Of a stretch of 64,000 bases of DNA, positions 53,074 through 61,575 are shown one piece after another. The first letter of the stretch is position 1. Each line of letters begins with the position of its first letter. The notes beneath the pieces are model-generated. The model did not search any database. It saw nothing but the letters and a program-made list of their open reading frames with translations, and was not told the origin of the DNA. The stretch comes from a virus (Duplodnaviria > Caudoviricetes), in the IMG/VR virus record IMGVR_UViG_3300022591_000002; one strand, written 5' to 3'. The position numbers and the translations under genes were made by a program.

Positions 53074-54062
53074 TGACATATATTTTGGTAGATACAGCGA
53101 ACACATTCTTTCGTGCTAGACACGTAGTTCGTGGAGACATTTCTGAGAAAGTTGGAATGAGTCTTCATGTGCTTCTTAATAGTGTTCGCAAGGCATGGAA
53201 AGACTTTGATGGAACTCATGTCATATTCTGCCTAGAAGGTCGAAGCTGGCGTAAGGATCATTATGAGCCCTACAAACGTAACCGACAAGTAGCCCGCGAT
53301 GCTCTAAGTCCACGTGACGCAGAAGAAGATAAAGTATTCTGGGAAACGTTTGATGACTTCAAGAATTTTATTCACGATAAGACAAACTGTACAGTCTTAC
53401 AACATCCACAGCTAGAAGCTGACGATTTAATCGCAGGCTTCATTCAAGCACATCCAAATGACAACCACGTTATCATCTCAACAGATGGCGACTTTGCACA
53501 ATTAATTGCACCAAACGTTAAGCAGTACAATGGTGTTTCTAGTGTTACAATTACTCATGAAGGATATTTTGATGACAAAGGTAAACCAGTCAAAGACAAG
53601 AAAACGGGAGTTGCCAAGACTGCTCCAGACCCAGAATGGCTCCTATTCGAAAAGTGTATGCGAGGAGATACGTCCGACAATATCTTTTCTGCTTATCCCG
53701 GAGTCAGAGAGAAAGGCACTAAGAACAAAGTGGGACTCAGAGAAGCATTTGCAGACAGAAACTCAAAAGGATATTCTTGGAACAATCTCATGCTCCAAAA
53801 GTGGGTCGACCATGAAGGTGTAGAACACCGTGTTTTAGACGATTATCTACGTAACGTAAAATTATGCGATCTTACTGCTCAACCCGCTGAAATTAAGACT
53901 CTAATTAAAGAAGCTATTTCTGCTGAAATTGGTAAAGAAAAAAATATTCCCCAGGTTGGAATTCGGCTAATTAAATTTGCAAGCACTTATGATTTAGTAA
54001 AGGTTACGGAGCAAATTGAAAGTTATGCAGATCCATTCAGCGCACGATATATGCAAGTTTAA
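53073..54062 (+). CDS. rnh: T4 RNase H-like 5'-3' exonuclease
   Basis: ILVDTAN, YK.NR, EADD, ISTDGDF.QL, GD.SDNI. Confidence 0.88.
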   Translation: MTYILVDTANTFFRARHVVRGDISEKVGMSLHVLLNSVRKAWKDFDGTHVIFCLEGRSWRKDHYEPYKRNRQVARDALSPRDAEEDKVFWETFDDFKNFIHDKTNCTVLQHPQLEADDLIAGFIQAHPNDNHVIISTDGDFAQLIAPNVKQYNGVSSVTITHEGYFDDKGKPVKDKKTGVAKTAPDPEWLLFEKCMRGDTSDNIFSAYPGVREKGTKNKVGLREAFADRNSKGYSWNNLMLQKWVDHEGVEHRVLDDYLRNVKLCDLTAQPAEIKTLIKEAISAEIGKEKNIPQVGIRLIKFASTYDLVKVTEQIESYADPFSARYMQV

Positions 54063-54108
54063 AGATACTTGCCCACACAAACACAAACATTGCACAGACG
54101 AGGAATAT

Positions 54109-54606
54109 ATGACAGAAGCACAAGCTAAGCCAGTTATCGATGGCAAGTATTGGATAGTAGAAGCAGAAGGTGAAAAATTAGGTACTTTGAGCAAGGAGAA
54201 GAAAGGTTACTCCTTCATGCGCAAAGGACAAAAAGTTGATATTGCAGATCTAGCTGTTTTCCAAACGCTATTCGGTATTACTATCAACGAAGATCAACTC
54301 AAAAAAGAGCGATCTAAAAAAGTTGTACAGGACAAAACTGTCAGCAAGGACTATTCAATTTATGACTATCCTTGCTCTAGTAAGCCCTACGGACCAGTTT
54401 ATGATGTACGTCAAAAACTGCCAATTTACTCAAAGAGCGACAAGTCTAAGAGTCAATACTGTGCTGGATATTATGTAATCAAGTTCCGCAAAGGTTGGGT
54501 TAAATCGTTCTGTCCAAAACTTATTACACTAGAACGTTACGATCACAAAGGACCGTTTAAAACAGAAATCGAAATGAAAACTGTGCTAACGGCTATGAAC
54601 AAATAA
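54109..54606 (+). CDS. hypothetical protein
   Basis: ATG 54109 with GAGGA RBS; CAGYY.IKF.KGW.KSFCPK motif. Confidence 0.7.
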   Translation: MTEAQAKPVIDGKYWIVEAEGEKLGTLSKEKKGYSFMRKGQKVDIADLAVFQTLFGITINEDQLKKERSKKVVQDKTVSKDYSIYDYPCSSKPYGPVYDVRQKLPIYSKSDKSKSQYCAGYYVIKFRKGWVKSFCPKLITLERYDHKGPFKTEIEMKTVLTAMNK

Positions 54607-54607
54607 C

Positions 54608-54841
54608 ATGCAACCTTTAAACACATTTCCTATCGAAAACTACCTAAATAAGGTTAGAATCGCTTCAAAATCACATCAAAAGGTAGTAAATCTGCCTATT
54701 GATGAAGCTGATCAACTTGCGGCATGCCTTACTATTGTAATGACACGTTTAACAGGCGAATTAGACGCTATCGTTAGTCAAATACAGCAGGCCGCACCAG
54801 AAGAAGTAATACAGGTTGAAATGAACGGCGGTACGTTTTAA
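54608..54841 (+). CDS. hypothetical protein
   Basis: 77-aa ORF. Confidence 0.6.
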   Translation: MQPLNTFPIENYLNKVRIASKSHQKVVNLPIDEADQLAACLTIVMTRLTGELDAIVSQIQQAAPEEVIQVEMNGGTF

Positions 54842-54851
54842 GTACAAATAT

Positions 54852-54887
54852 AATAAATAAGTGCGTATATTTGGAGACGCACTTATT
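54852..54887 (+). promoter_or_regulatory. late promoter AATAAATA overlapping an 11-bp hairpin that sequesters the initiation region
   Basis: Arms AATAAGTGCGT (54856-54866) / ACGCACTTATT (54877-54887); GGAG in the loop; ATG at 54888. Confidence 0.65.
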
Positions 54888-55175
54888 ATGTCTAGACCTA
54901 AACCTAAAGTATTACTAGAAATTACAAACAAGAAAAATTACAAAACAGAACAGGTTTTGGAAGCGGAAGCCATTTGGGCCGTTTTCTACAAGGCTCAGCC
55001 AGTAAATTTAAAAACCACTAGTTTGATCGCACATCAACTAGGTCCAAAATACAAAAAGGTTAGTTTTTCAAATAGCGGTCATGCTTTTAACCTAGCGGAA
55101 AAATTAAACAAAATGTTTAATTGTAACGACTTTGCTGTATTCAAACTGACCACAGGTGAACAAATTAGCCAATGA
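54888..55175 (+). CDS. hypothetical (late-regulated) protein
   Basis: MSRPKP..., YKKVSFSNSGHAFNLAEKLN motif. Confidence 0.7.
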   Translation: MSRPKPKVLLEITNKKNYKTEQVLEAEAIWAVFYKAQPVNLKTTSLIAHQLGPKYKKVSFSNSGHAFNLAEKLNKMFNCNDFAVFKLTTGEQISQ

Positions 55176-55549
55176 CACTAAAACATGAATTTACAGAGAA
55201 GATTTATTCTCAACTTCATGTTAAGCCAAAAACTCTAGCAAGTTTTAGAAATGTCTTTTGGACCAACCCCAGAGACAAAGAAGAAGGCGGTTGGGGTATT
55301 ACAGAGTACGGACACAAAGTACTACAAGAAATTGGCGCCAAAAGTTACCCAATTGATCTTGCTTCAGAAACTGTAATTACAAATCAAGTCTTAATTTGGA
55401 TGGATCGTTTCCTTGACGGTCCTTGGTATTGGGAGAACAAAAAGACTCTCCACTGCTACAAAGAAAAAACTGCATTCCAATTGATCCTCTTCTCCGGAGA
55501 CCTCCACAAATACGGCTGGAGTAAGTCCGAAAGTAAAAAACCGTTGTAA
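55172..55549 (+). CDS. hypothetical protein
   Basis: 125-aa ATGA-coupled ORF. Confidence 0.6.
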   Translation: MTLKHEFTEKIYSQLHVKPKTLASFRNVFWTNPRDKEEGGWGITEYGHKVLQEIGAKSYPIDLASETVITNQVLIWMDRFLDGPWYWENKKTLHCYKEKTAFQLILFSGDLHKYGWSKSESKKPL

Positions 55550-55570
55550 AAAACCAACAACCAAAATGTA

Positions 55571-55599
55571 TTGACTTTTGTACCAAGAGACGTTATACT
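55571..55599 (+). promoter_or_regulatory. sigma70-type promoter
   Basis: TTGACT-17nt-TATACT. Confidence 0.7.
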
Positions 55600-55658
55600 A
55601 TATACATAGTGAGCGTTACAAGTTTTCTATTTTAATTTTTTTTTAACTGAGGAACAAA

Positions 55659-56744
55659 ATGGCAAAAGCAGAAGTCAGTACTAACCGTACACAATCGCCC
55701 AACGAAGCCAAAGCGGCCATTCGCAAGTGCTTTAAGGTAAATCGTCCAGTATTCATGTGGGGTCCTCCCGGTATTGGCAAGTCAGATATTATCCATCAAA
55801 TTGCATCAGAGCAAAACCGTGAGGTTATTGACGTGCGTTTGAGTTTGTGGGAACCAACTGACATCAAGGGTATTCCATTCTATAACACTGATGTAAAATC
55901 AATGACTTGGGCTCCTCCGATTGAGTTGCCTAGCGATCCAGAATCTACTGCTGTTTTGTTCCTAGACGAACTTAACTCCGCGGCTCCAGCAACACAGGCC
56001 GCGGCTTATCAACTTATTTTGAACCGTCGTGTTGGTACATACCATTTGCCAAAAGGTGTTAGCATTGTTGCCGCTGGTAACCGCGAAGGCGATAAAGGTG
56101 TTACTTATCGTATGCCTGCTCCGTTGGCTAATCGTTTCTTGCACTTGGAATTGAAGCCTAGCTTTGACGACTGGCAAGAATGGGCTGTGTTGAACAAGCA
56201 ACACGAACAAGTTGTTGGTTACATTGGCTTTGCCAAGAATGACTTGTACGACTATGATCCAAAATCTAGCTCACGCTCTTTTGCTACTCCACGTAGCTGG
56301 TCATTTGTAAGCGATTTGTTGGGCGATGACGACTTGCCAGAAAACACTTTGACTGACTTGGTTGCAGGTGCTATCGGTGAAGGTCTTGCTGTTAAGTTTA
56401 TGGCACACCGCAAGGTTGCTAAACAAATGCCTAAGCCAGAAGATATTTTGGAAGGCAAAGTTAAAAAGATGGACATTAAGGAAATTTCCGCAATGTACTC
56501 TTTGACAATTTCAATGTGCTATGAGCTCCAAAGTGCTTGGGAAAAGAAAGCCAAGAACTGGAATGAAATGGCAGATAACTTCTTCGGATTTATGATGGAT
56601 AATTTCCCAACCGAATTAGTTGTAATGGGTTCCAAAGTTGCGCTCACTAACTACCAATTACCGTTCGACGCAAGTAAGCTGAAGAACTTTGATCGGTTCC
56701 ACGAGCAGTACGGCAAGTACGTAATGGTTGCAATGGAGAACTAA
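55659..56744 (+). CDS. MoxR-type AAA+ ATPase
   Basis: GPPGIGKS, LFLDELN, AAGN, LANRF, TPRSW. Confidence 0.88.
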   Translation: MAKAEVSTNRTQSPNEAKAAIRKCFKVNRPVFMWGPPGIGKSDIIHQIASEQNREVIDVRLSLWEPTDIKGIPFYNTDVKSMTWAPPIELPSDPESTAVLFLDELNSAAPATQAAAYQLILNRRVGTYHLPKGVSIVAAGNREGDKGVTYRMPAPLANRFLHLELKPSFDDWQEWAVLNKQHEQVVGYIGFAKNDLYDYDPKSSSRSFATPRSWSFVSDLLGDDDLPENTLTDLVAGAIGEGLAVKFMAHRKVAKQMPKPEDILEGKVKKMDIKEISAMYSLTISMCYELQSAWEKKAKNWNEMADNFFGFMMDNFPTELVVMGSKVALTNYQLPFDASKLKNFDRFHEQYGKYVMVAMEN

Positions 56745-56748
56745 GAAT

Positions 56749-56773
56749 AGGACCTTCGGGTCCTTTCTTTTTT
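56749..56773 (+). terminator. intrinsic terminator with UUCG tetraloop
   Basis: AGGACC-TTCG-GGTCCT followed by TTCTTTTTT. Confidence 0.85.
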
Positions 56774-56790
56774 AAATAAAGGAAAATAAA

Positions 56791-56958
56791 ATGGCTGTTA
56801 AGTCTTGGTACCTATCTGTTGTAGAAACAGAGTCACATAAGCCCGTATTACATAAAATGTTTTTTACGGCACCCAAAATGAATGAGTTCATTAAAGAACA
56901 GGAAATTTTGGAGAAGTACCCTAAGCCTACATACTACATTGTCAAAGAAAACTATTGA
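56791..56958 (+). CDS. small hypothetical protein (55 aa, not in ORF track)
   Basis: MAVKSWYLSVVETESHKPVLHKMFFTAPKMNEFIKEQEILEKYPKPTYYIVKENY*; AAGGA RBS. Confidence 0.65.
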   Translation: MAVKSWYLSVVETESHKPVLHKMFFTAPKMNEFIKEQEILEKYPKPTYYIVKENY

Positions 56959-56983
56959 CAAACTGGTAAAAAGGCAGTATAAT
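56955..56983 (+). promoter_or_regulatory. sigma70-type promoter
   Basis: TTGACA-17nt-TATAAT perfect consensus. Confidence 0.85.
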
Positions 56984-57015
56984 ATATACATACAGTCAAA
57001 CAACGGAGTTAAATT

Positions 57016-58278
57016 ATGGCAGTAATGAAGCAAGAAAAAACTAAAAAAATAGACAAAGAACGTGTCTATACCGCACAAGAACAAAACAAAGTAATTGAGA
57101 AATTAACTACTGCACGTGTTGGTCTTTTGCTGAAGCATCCATTTTTTGGTAACCTAGCTACTCGCATGAAATTAATTGATGCAAGTAAATGGTGTTCAAC
57201 TCTTGCTACAGATGGTCGTAATTTTTATTACAACATTGGTTTCGTAGATGCACTTACTCCACGTGAAGCAGAATTTGGCTTTGCTCACGAAGTTCTACAT
57301 AACGTATTTGACCATATGGGTCGCCGTAATGAACGTGATCCTCAACTGTCAAACATTGCGGCAGACTTTGCGGCTAACCAAATCCTTAAAGATGAGCGAA
57401 TTGGTGATGTGCCGCACATGATTAAAATTTTCCAAGACGACAAATATCGTGGTTGGAGTTACGAAAAGATTTACGAAGACCTTGAAAGCAAGGCTATTAA
57501 AATCGACTTAAACTCACTCGGCGAATTGCTCGACGATCACCTAGATGACGGCGATGGAGAAGGTCAAGGAGCAGATGGTGACAAAGAAGGTAAAGATGGC
57601 AAAGGTGGTGGTCGTCCAAAACTTTCTGAAGAAGAAAAGAAAAAGATCCGTGACGAAATCAAAGAAGCAATGATCAGTGCCGCGCAGGCCGCAGGTGCCG
57701 GTCGTGTACCAGCAGGTATTGCTCGTATGATTAAAGATCTTACTGAGCCAAAAATGGATTGGCGTCAACTGTTGCGTATGCAAATCCAAAGTATCATTAA
57801 GAACAATTTTAGTTTTAGTCGTCCTAACCGTAAAAGCCAAATGTGCGGTGCAGTATTGCCCGGACTTATGAATGAAGAAACTATCGATGTGTCTTGTGCT
57901 ATCGACATGTCGGGTAGTATTTCGGATGCAATGGCTAATGACTTTATTTCAGAAGTCAAAGGCATTATGGAAGAATATCAAGACTTTAAATTAGACATCT
58001 GGTGTTTTGATACTAGCGTGTACAATTACGAAACATATACCGGCGATAATGCAGACGATATTAACGGCTACAAATGCAAAGGTGGCGGTGGTACTGACTT
58101 TGACGCAAACTGGGAATTTATGAAGAACGAAGAAATTGTTCCTAAAAAGTTCATTATGTTTACAGACGGTTATCCATGTGGTAGCTGGGGTGACGAAGAC
58201 TACTGTGATACGCTGTTTATCATCCACGGAAACGATTCCATAATTCCACCATTCGGCAATGTGGCCTACTATAAATAA
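57016..58278 (+). CDS. metallopeptidase-like (HExxH) + vWA domain protein
   Basis: ATDG, AHEVLH, D/G-rich linker, IDMSGS (MIDAS), GGGGTDF, FTDG. Confidence 0.85.
   Translation: MAVMKQEKTKKIDKERVYTAQEQNKVIEKLTTARVGLLLKHPFFGNLATRMKLIDASKWCSTLATDGRNFYYNIGFVDALTPREAEFGFAHEVLHNVFDHMGRRNERDPQLSNIAADFAANQILKDERIGDVPHMIKIFQDDKYRGWSYEKIYEDLESKAIKIDLNSLGELLDDHLDDGDGEGQGADGDKEGKDGKGGGRPKLSEEEKKKIRDEIKEAMISAAQAAGAGRVPAGIARMIKDLTEPKMDWRQLLRMQIQSIIKNNFSFSRPNRKSQMCGAVLPGLMNEETIDVSCAIDMSGSISDAMANDFISEVKGIMEEYQDFKLDIWCFDTSVYNYETYTGDNADDINGYKCKGGGGTDFDANWEFMKNEEIVPKKFIMFTDGYPCGSWGDEDYCDTLFIIHGNDSIIPPFGNVAYYK
58270..58277 (+). promoter_or_regulatory. T4-type late promoter TATAAATA
   Basis: Exact motif 13 nt before ATG 58291. 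Confidence 0.6.
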
Positions 58279-58290
58279 AGTAGGTACATT

Positions 58291-58572
58291 ATGGCACTAG
58301 CTAGAAATCAAGTTAATGCTCTTAATGTTTTAGGAGTAAGAAAGTTAGATCATATTCCAGACAATTTTACCAAATTGTCTATTAATGGAGTAGATACTAT
58401 GGCTTTGGAAAGCTGGGTTATGTATAATCTAGACAGCAGGTTTGCTATTAAAAAGAGTCTTAAATTAGACTCTAATAACAAACTTATTGAAAACCAAGAA
58501 ATAGGTATTGAGGATCCTAGAGAGATAACTATGCTTACCCTGGCGTGTCCACATTTACATAGGAGATATTAA
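58291..58572 (+). CDS. hypothetical protein
   Basis: 93-aa ORF behind a late promoter. Confidence 0.65.
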   Translation: MALARNQVNALNVLGVRKLDHIPDNFTKLSINGVDTMALESWVMYNLDSRFAIKKSLKLDSNNKLIENQEIGIEDPREITMLTLACPHLHRRY

Positions 58573-58574
58573 AA

Positions 58575-58844
58575 ATGGCAGATACATTAGATCAAGGTCA
58601 AGCAGAACAACAAGCACCAGCTGGAACAGAAGCACCAGCGGCCGCTCCAGAATTAACTATTGCTGATCTTACAAACTTACGTTCAGTTATTGACGTAGCC
58701 GCACAACGAGGCGCATTCCGTGCCGCTGAAATGAGTGCAGTCGGCGCAGTTTTCAATAAACTAAACGCATTCTTAGAGGCAGTTTATCCTCAACAATTAC
58801 CACCTTCTGAAGGCACACCAGACGGCGTAAAACAAGACGCTTAA
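58575..58844 (+). CDS. hypothetical protein
   Basis: LTIADL...IDVAAQRGAFRAAEM..VG..FNKL motif; AGGAGA RBS. Confidence 0.7.
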   Translation: MADTLDQGQAEQQAPAGTEAPAAAPELTIADLTNLRSVIDVAAQRGAFRAAEMSAVGAVFNKLNAFLEAVYPQQLPPSEGTPDGVKQDA

Positions 58845-58854
58845 GGAGCTCAAT

Positions 58855-59442
58855 ATGAAACACGTTGGTAAAATGAAAAACAATGGCGCGAAAGTTGCTA
58901 TTGTTTACCGTACTTTGCCAGGAGATCCTTTAAGCGCCTTAGTAGTCGGTACACAAGGATTAACTGATATGCATCATGACGGTTTAATGACTGTTGTTGA
59001 AAGCGAAAGCGGTCAACAAGCAAATGAACTAGCTGATGTTTTGGCAGTACGTAAATTTGCTGATGGCACAAATATGTTGGCATTTTTACATACCAACGGT
59101 CATTTGAAAAAAGTTCCTACAGTGAACGTTACAGTTACTCCACAGTTGAATGCTAACCACATCCAATTAGACGAGCTTAATGTTTTGATTGCTGAACAAA
59201 AAGGAATTGCCTTAGAGGACTTAGCAGTAAACGATGGTTCTGAAGCTAAGAAAGTTGCTCCTAAAAAGAAAGCAACTACACCTACAGAAGAATCAGTAGA
59301 AGACGCTAACAGCGACTTTGAGCTTACTCCTGCAGAATTACGGTCACGTGCTGATGCTTTATTCAAACAAGCACAGGCACTACGTAAGCAAGCAGATGCG
59401 ATTGATCCACCAAAGAAGAAAACAGCAAAAGCTGAAGCATAA
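58855..59442 (+). CDS. hypothetical protein
   Basis: MKHVGKMK...VYRTLPGD motif; AAGGAG RBS. Confidence 0.7.
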   Translation: MKHVGKMKNNGAKVAIVYRTLPGDPLSALVVGTQGLTDMHHDGLMTVVESESGQQANELADVLAVRKFADGTNMLAFLHTNGHLKKVPTVNVTVTPQLNANHIQLDELNVLIAEQKGIALEDLAVNDGSEAKKVAPKKKATTPTEESVEDANSDFELTPAELRSRADALFKQAQALRKQADAIDPPKKKTAKAEA

Positions 59443-59443
59443 G

Positions 59444-59471
59444 AAAAGCTCCTTAATTGGAGCTTTTTTTT
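59444..59471. terminator. bidirectional intrinsic terminator
   Basis: AAAAGCTCC-TTAATT-GGAGCTTTT then a T-run, between convergent genes. Confidence 0.8.
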
Positions 59472-61572
59472 AGACCTTAACTTCTATTACACCCGGACCG
59501 TCCTGCGCATTTTCCAATGCTCGGCCAATTACGGCTAATGGACTATCACCTTCTTTAAATGCTTCTGCATGACCTGGAGTTGCACTAGTAACTAGCAAGT
59601 CACCTTTCTTAATTGGGCCAACTACTCGACACGGAACACGACCTTTTAGTGCAACTTCAACTCCTTCAATTCCGTCATTCATTAAATGCGCAGGATTAGT
59701 TGAAACAATACCTGCCCAATTTAAACTAGCACGGTTGATAGATAATGTAGTTTCTGCTTCACCGCCAATTACCAAAACTGTGCCTGGTTCGTATTCATTA
59801 TCGGCAGTATATTTTTCTGCCAAGTCAGCGTATTGTGCCGATGTTGCTAAGCCATGGAATATGTTTCCGTAGAAATCAGTTCCGTGAAAATCGTTAGCAT
59901 AAACGTTTTTACTAGAATCACGTTGTACAATAGTGTTTGCTTGTGTGCCATCTGTTGTTGCCGCAAAGTAACCACCAGTACCCAATAATGAAGTTGCTTG
60001 TAAACTTGCACCAGAACCAATTTGCCATTGTCCGTAGAAGTTACCAGTGTCTGAACTATTAGCACCTGCTCTTAATGCAGGACCTTGGAAACTTGCACCG
60101 TAGAAAGAAATACCGCTAATGCCGCCGGTGCCATCACGCTGTACTAGAGTATTTTTAATTGTGTCAGTTGTACCAGATACTGTGGGGGTAATGTATGCAT
60201 CGCCTGCCGCATTTTTAAGACTGCTGGCCTGGAAAGAAGCGCCACTATCTAGTATCCAAGTACCTCTAATTTTAGGACTGTTAGTTCCGCTTAGACCGCG
60301 TACAGTTGCATATCCACTGCCATCTAATTGTAGTATTGATGTAGGTGTTGAGTCTGTTGCAGAGTGTATATAACCACCGTTATCTGCACTTTGTAAAAAG
60401 TTTGCGTTTGTTGCTAATCCTGCTGTAGTCGCGGCCACAGTACCACCGCCAACAACACTAATACTTCCATTTACTGTCCAGTTACCTGTAATAACTCCGT
60501 TTCCAGATGCAGGTGCAACTGTAGGTTCTGTTGCGCCCGGTGCTGTTAATGTTGCCGAAATTAAATTAGATGCATATAGTTTATTGAAAGAATTTCCAGA
60601 ACCAGTTGCACCAAGATTTGTTAATGCACTAGCGTTTGGAAGAATAGCATTAGTTGAGCCGCCCCCGTCAATATGGAATATTTCTGTTAGTGCAGAATTT
60701 TTTGTAACGTTAAAATTAATTCTACTAGCTTGAATGTTTGATAAGTTACCAACTGTGTTTTGAGTAACGTGTAAGTGAACAATTTTATTTGTACCTACAT
60801 ACAATCCATCGTCAACTGCAATATTAATTGCACCGCTAATACCTGCAAGTTCTGATTTTAATAAGTAATCATCACCGGTGTGAATAGTACTATAGTTTTC
60901 TGTTCTTCTTACTAGGCCTTGTGCAGAACTTGCAGTACCCCAGAACAAATAGTCTGTTGATATACCAATTCTATTTGCACCACGAACTGTAACACCTGCG
61001 CCAACAGCTGGATATTTTGCAATCAAGCCATCGCTGTTGTTTGTTATAAAACTAAAATCAGATATTAACGCAGGCACGTCGCCAGCAACTTGTTGAAGAA
61101 TTACTGATCGTTTAACAGCCGCATCATCTGTAATAGTACCAACGATTGCACCAGTAGTCAATGAACTACTTGAGCCAACTGGTCCAATTAGAACGTGTTG
61201 AGTTCCGTTATAAACATAAAGTTTTTGTAGTGCGCGGTCCCAGTAAAAATCACCGATAGTTTGATCAACTGGAAAGTATGATTCTAACGGATTAATCAAC
61301 GCTAGTTTTTTCCAGCCAGCTGTAGTCCCGTCTGTGTTTACATTCAATTTTTTATTTGCAGAATCGTACCATACTTGACCAACTACTGGCTTTGCAGGAC
61401 TTGTTGAGTTTGCAAAATTTTCTAGTAATTGAAAAAAGTTTTCGTTAACAACTTGTCCATAACCTGAATAATTCTTACCAACAAATGTTAAGTCAGCAGT
61501 AGTAGAATTAATGCTACCGTCTTGAATGACAGCAATTTGTTGTCCATTTGTTTTGTTTAAGATATATGGCAT
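59470..61572 (-). CDS. tail fibre protein with C-terminal intramolecular-chaperone (peptidase G2-like) domain
   Basis: N-terminal GKNY.GYG...NENF.QLLENFA..P..P..GQ.W.D; C-terminal AQYADLAEKY...GRVPC.V...KKGDL...IGRALE. Confidence 0.8.
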   Translation of the reverse strand: MPYILNKTNGQQIAVIQDGSINSTTADLTFVGKNYSGYGQVVNENFFQLLENFANSTSPAKPVVGQVWYDSANKKLNVNTDGTTAGWKKLALINPLESYFPVDQTIGDFYWDRALQKLYVYNGTQHVLIGPVGSSSSLTTGAIVGTITDDAAVKRSVILQQVAGDVPALISDFSFITNNSDGLIAKYPAVGAGVTVRGANRIGISTDYLFWGTASSAQGLVRRTENYSTIHTGDDYLLKSELAGISGAINIAVDDGLYVGTNKIVHLHVTQNTVGNLSNIQASRINFNVTKNSALTEIFHIDGGGSTNAILPNASALTNLGATGSGNSFNKLYASNLISATLTAPGATEPTVAPASGNGVITGNWTVNGSISVVGGGTVAATTAGLATNANFLQSADNGGYIHSATDSTPTSILQLDGSGYATVRGLSGTNSPKIRGTWILDSGASFQASSLKNAAGDAYITPTVSGTTDTIKNTLVQRDGTGGISGISFYGASFQGPALRAGANSSDTGNFYGQWQIGSGASLQATSLLGTGGYFAATTDGTQANTIVQRDSSKNVYANDFHGTDFYGNIFHGLATSAQYADLAEKYTADNEYEPGTVLVIGGEAETTLSINRASLNWAGIVSTNPAHLMNDGIEGVEVALKGRVPCRVVGPIKKGDLLVTSATPGHAEAFKEGDSPLAVIGRALENAQDGPGVIEVKV

Positions 61573-61575
61573 GGG

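Noticed and set aside
809-54108. Over-long track starts (809, 3942, 22252, 42564, 46929, 47371, 48121, 50021, 54016, 54861)
   Set aside because: They overlap upstream genes heavily; downstream starts have better RBSs or coupling and begin at the conserved motifs.
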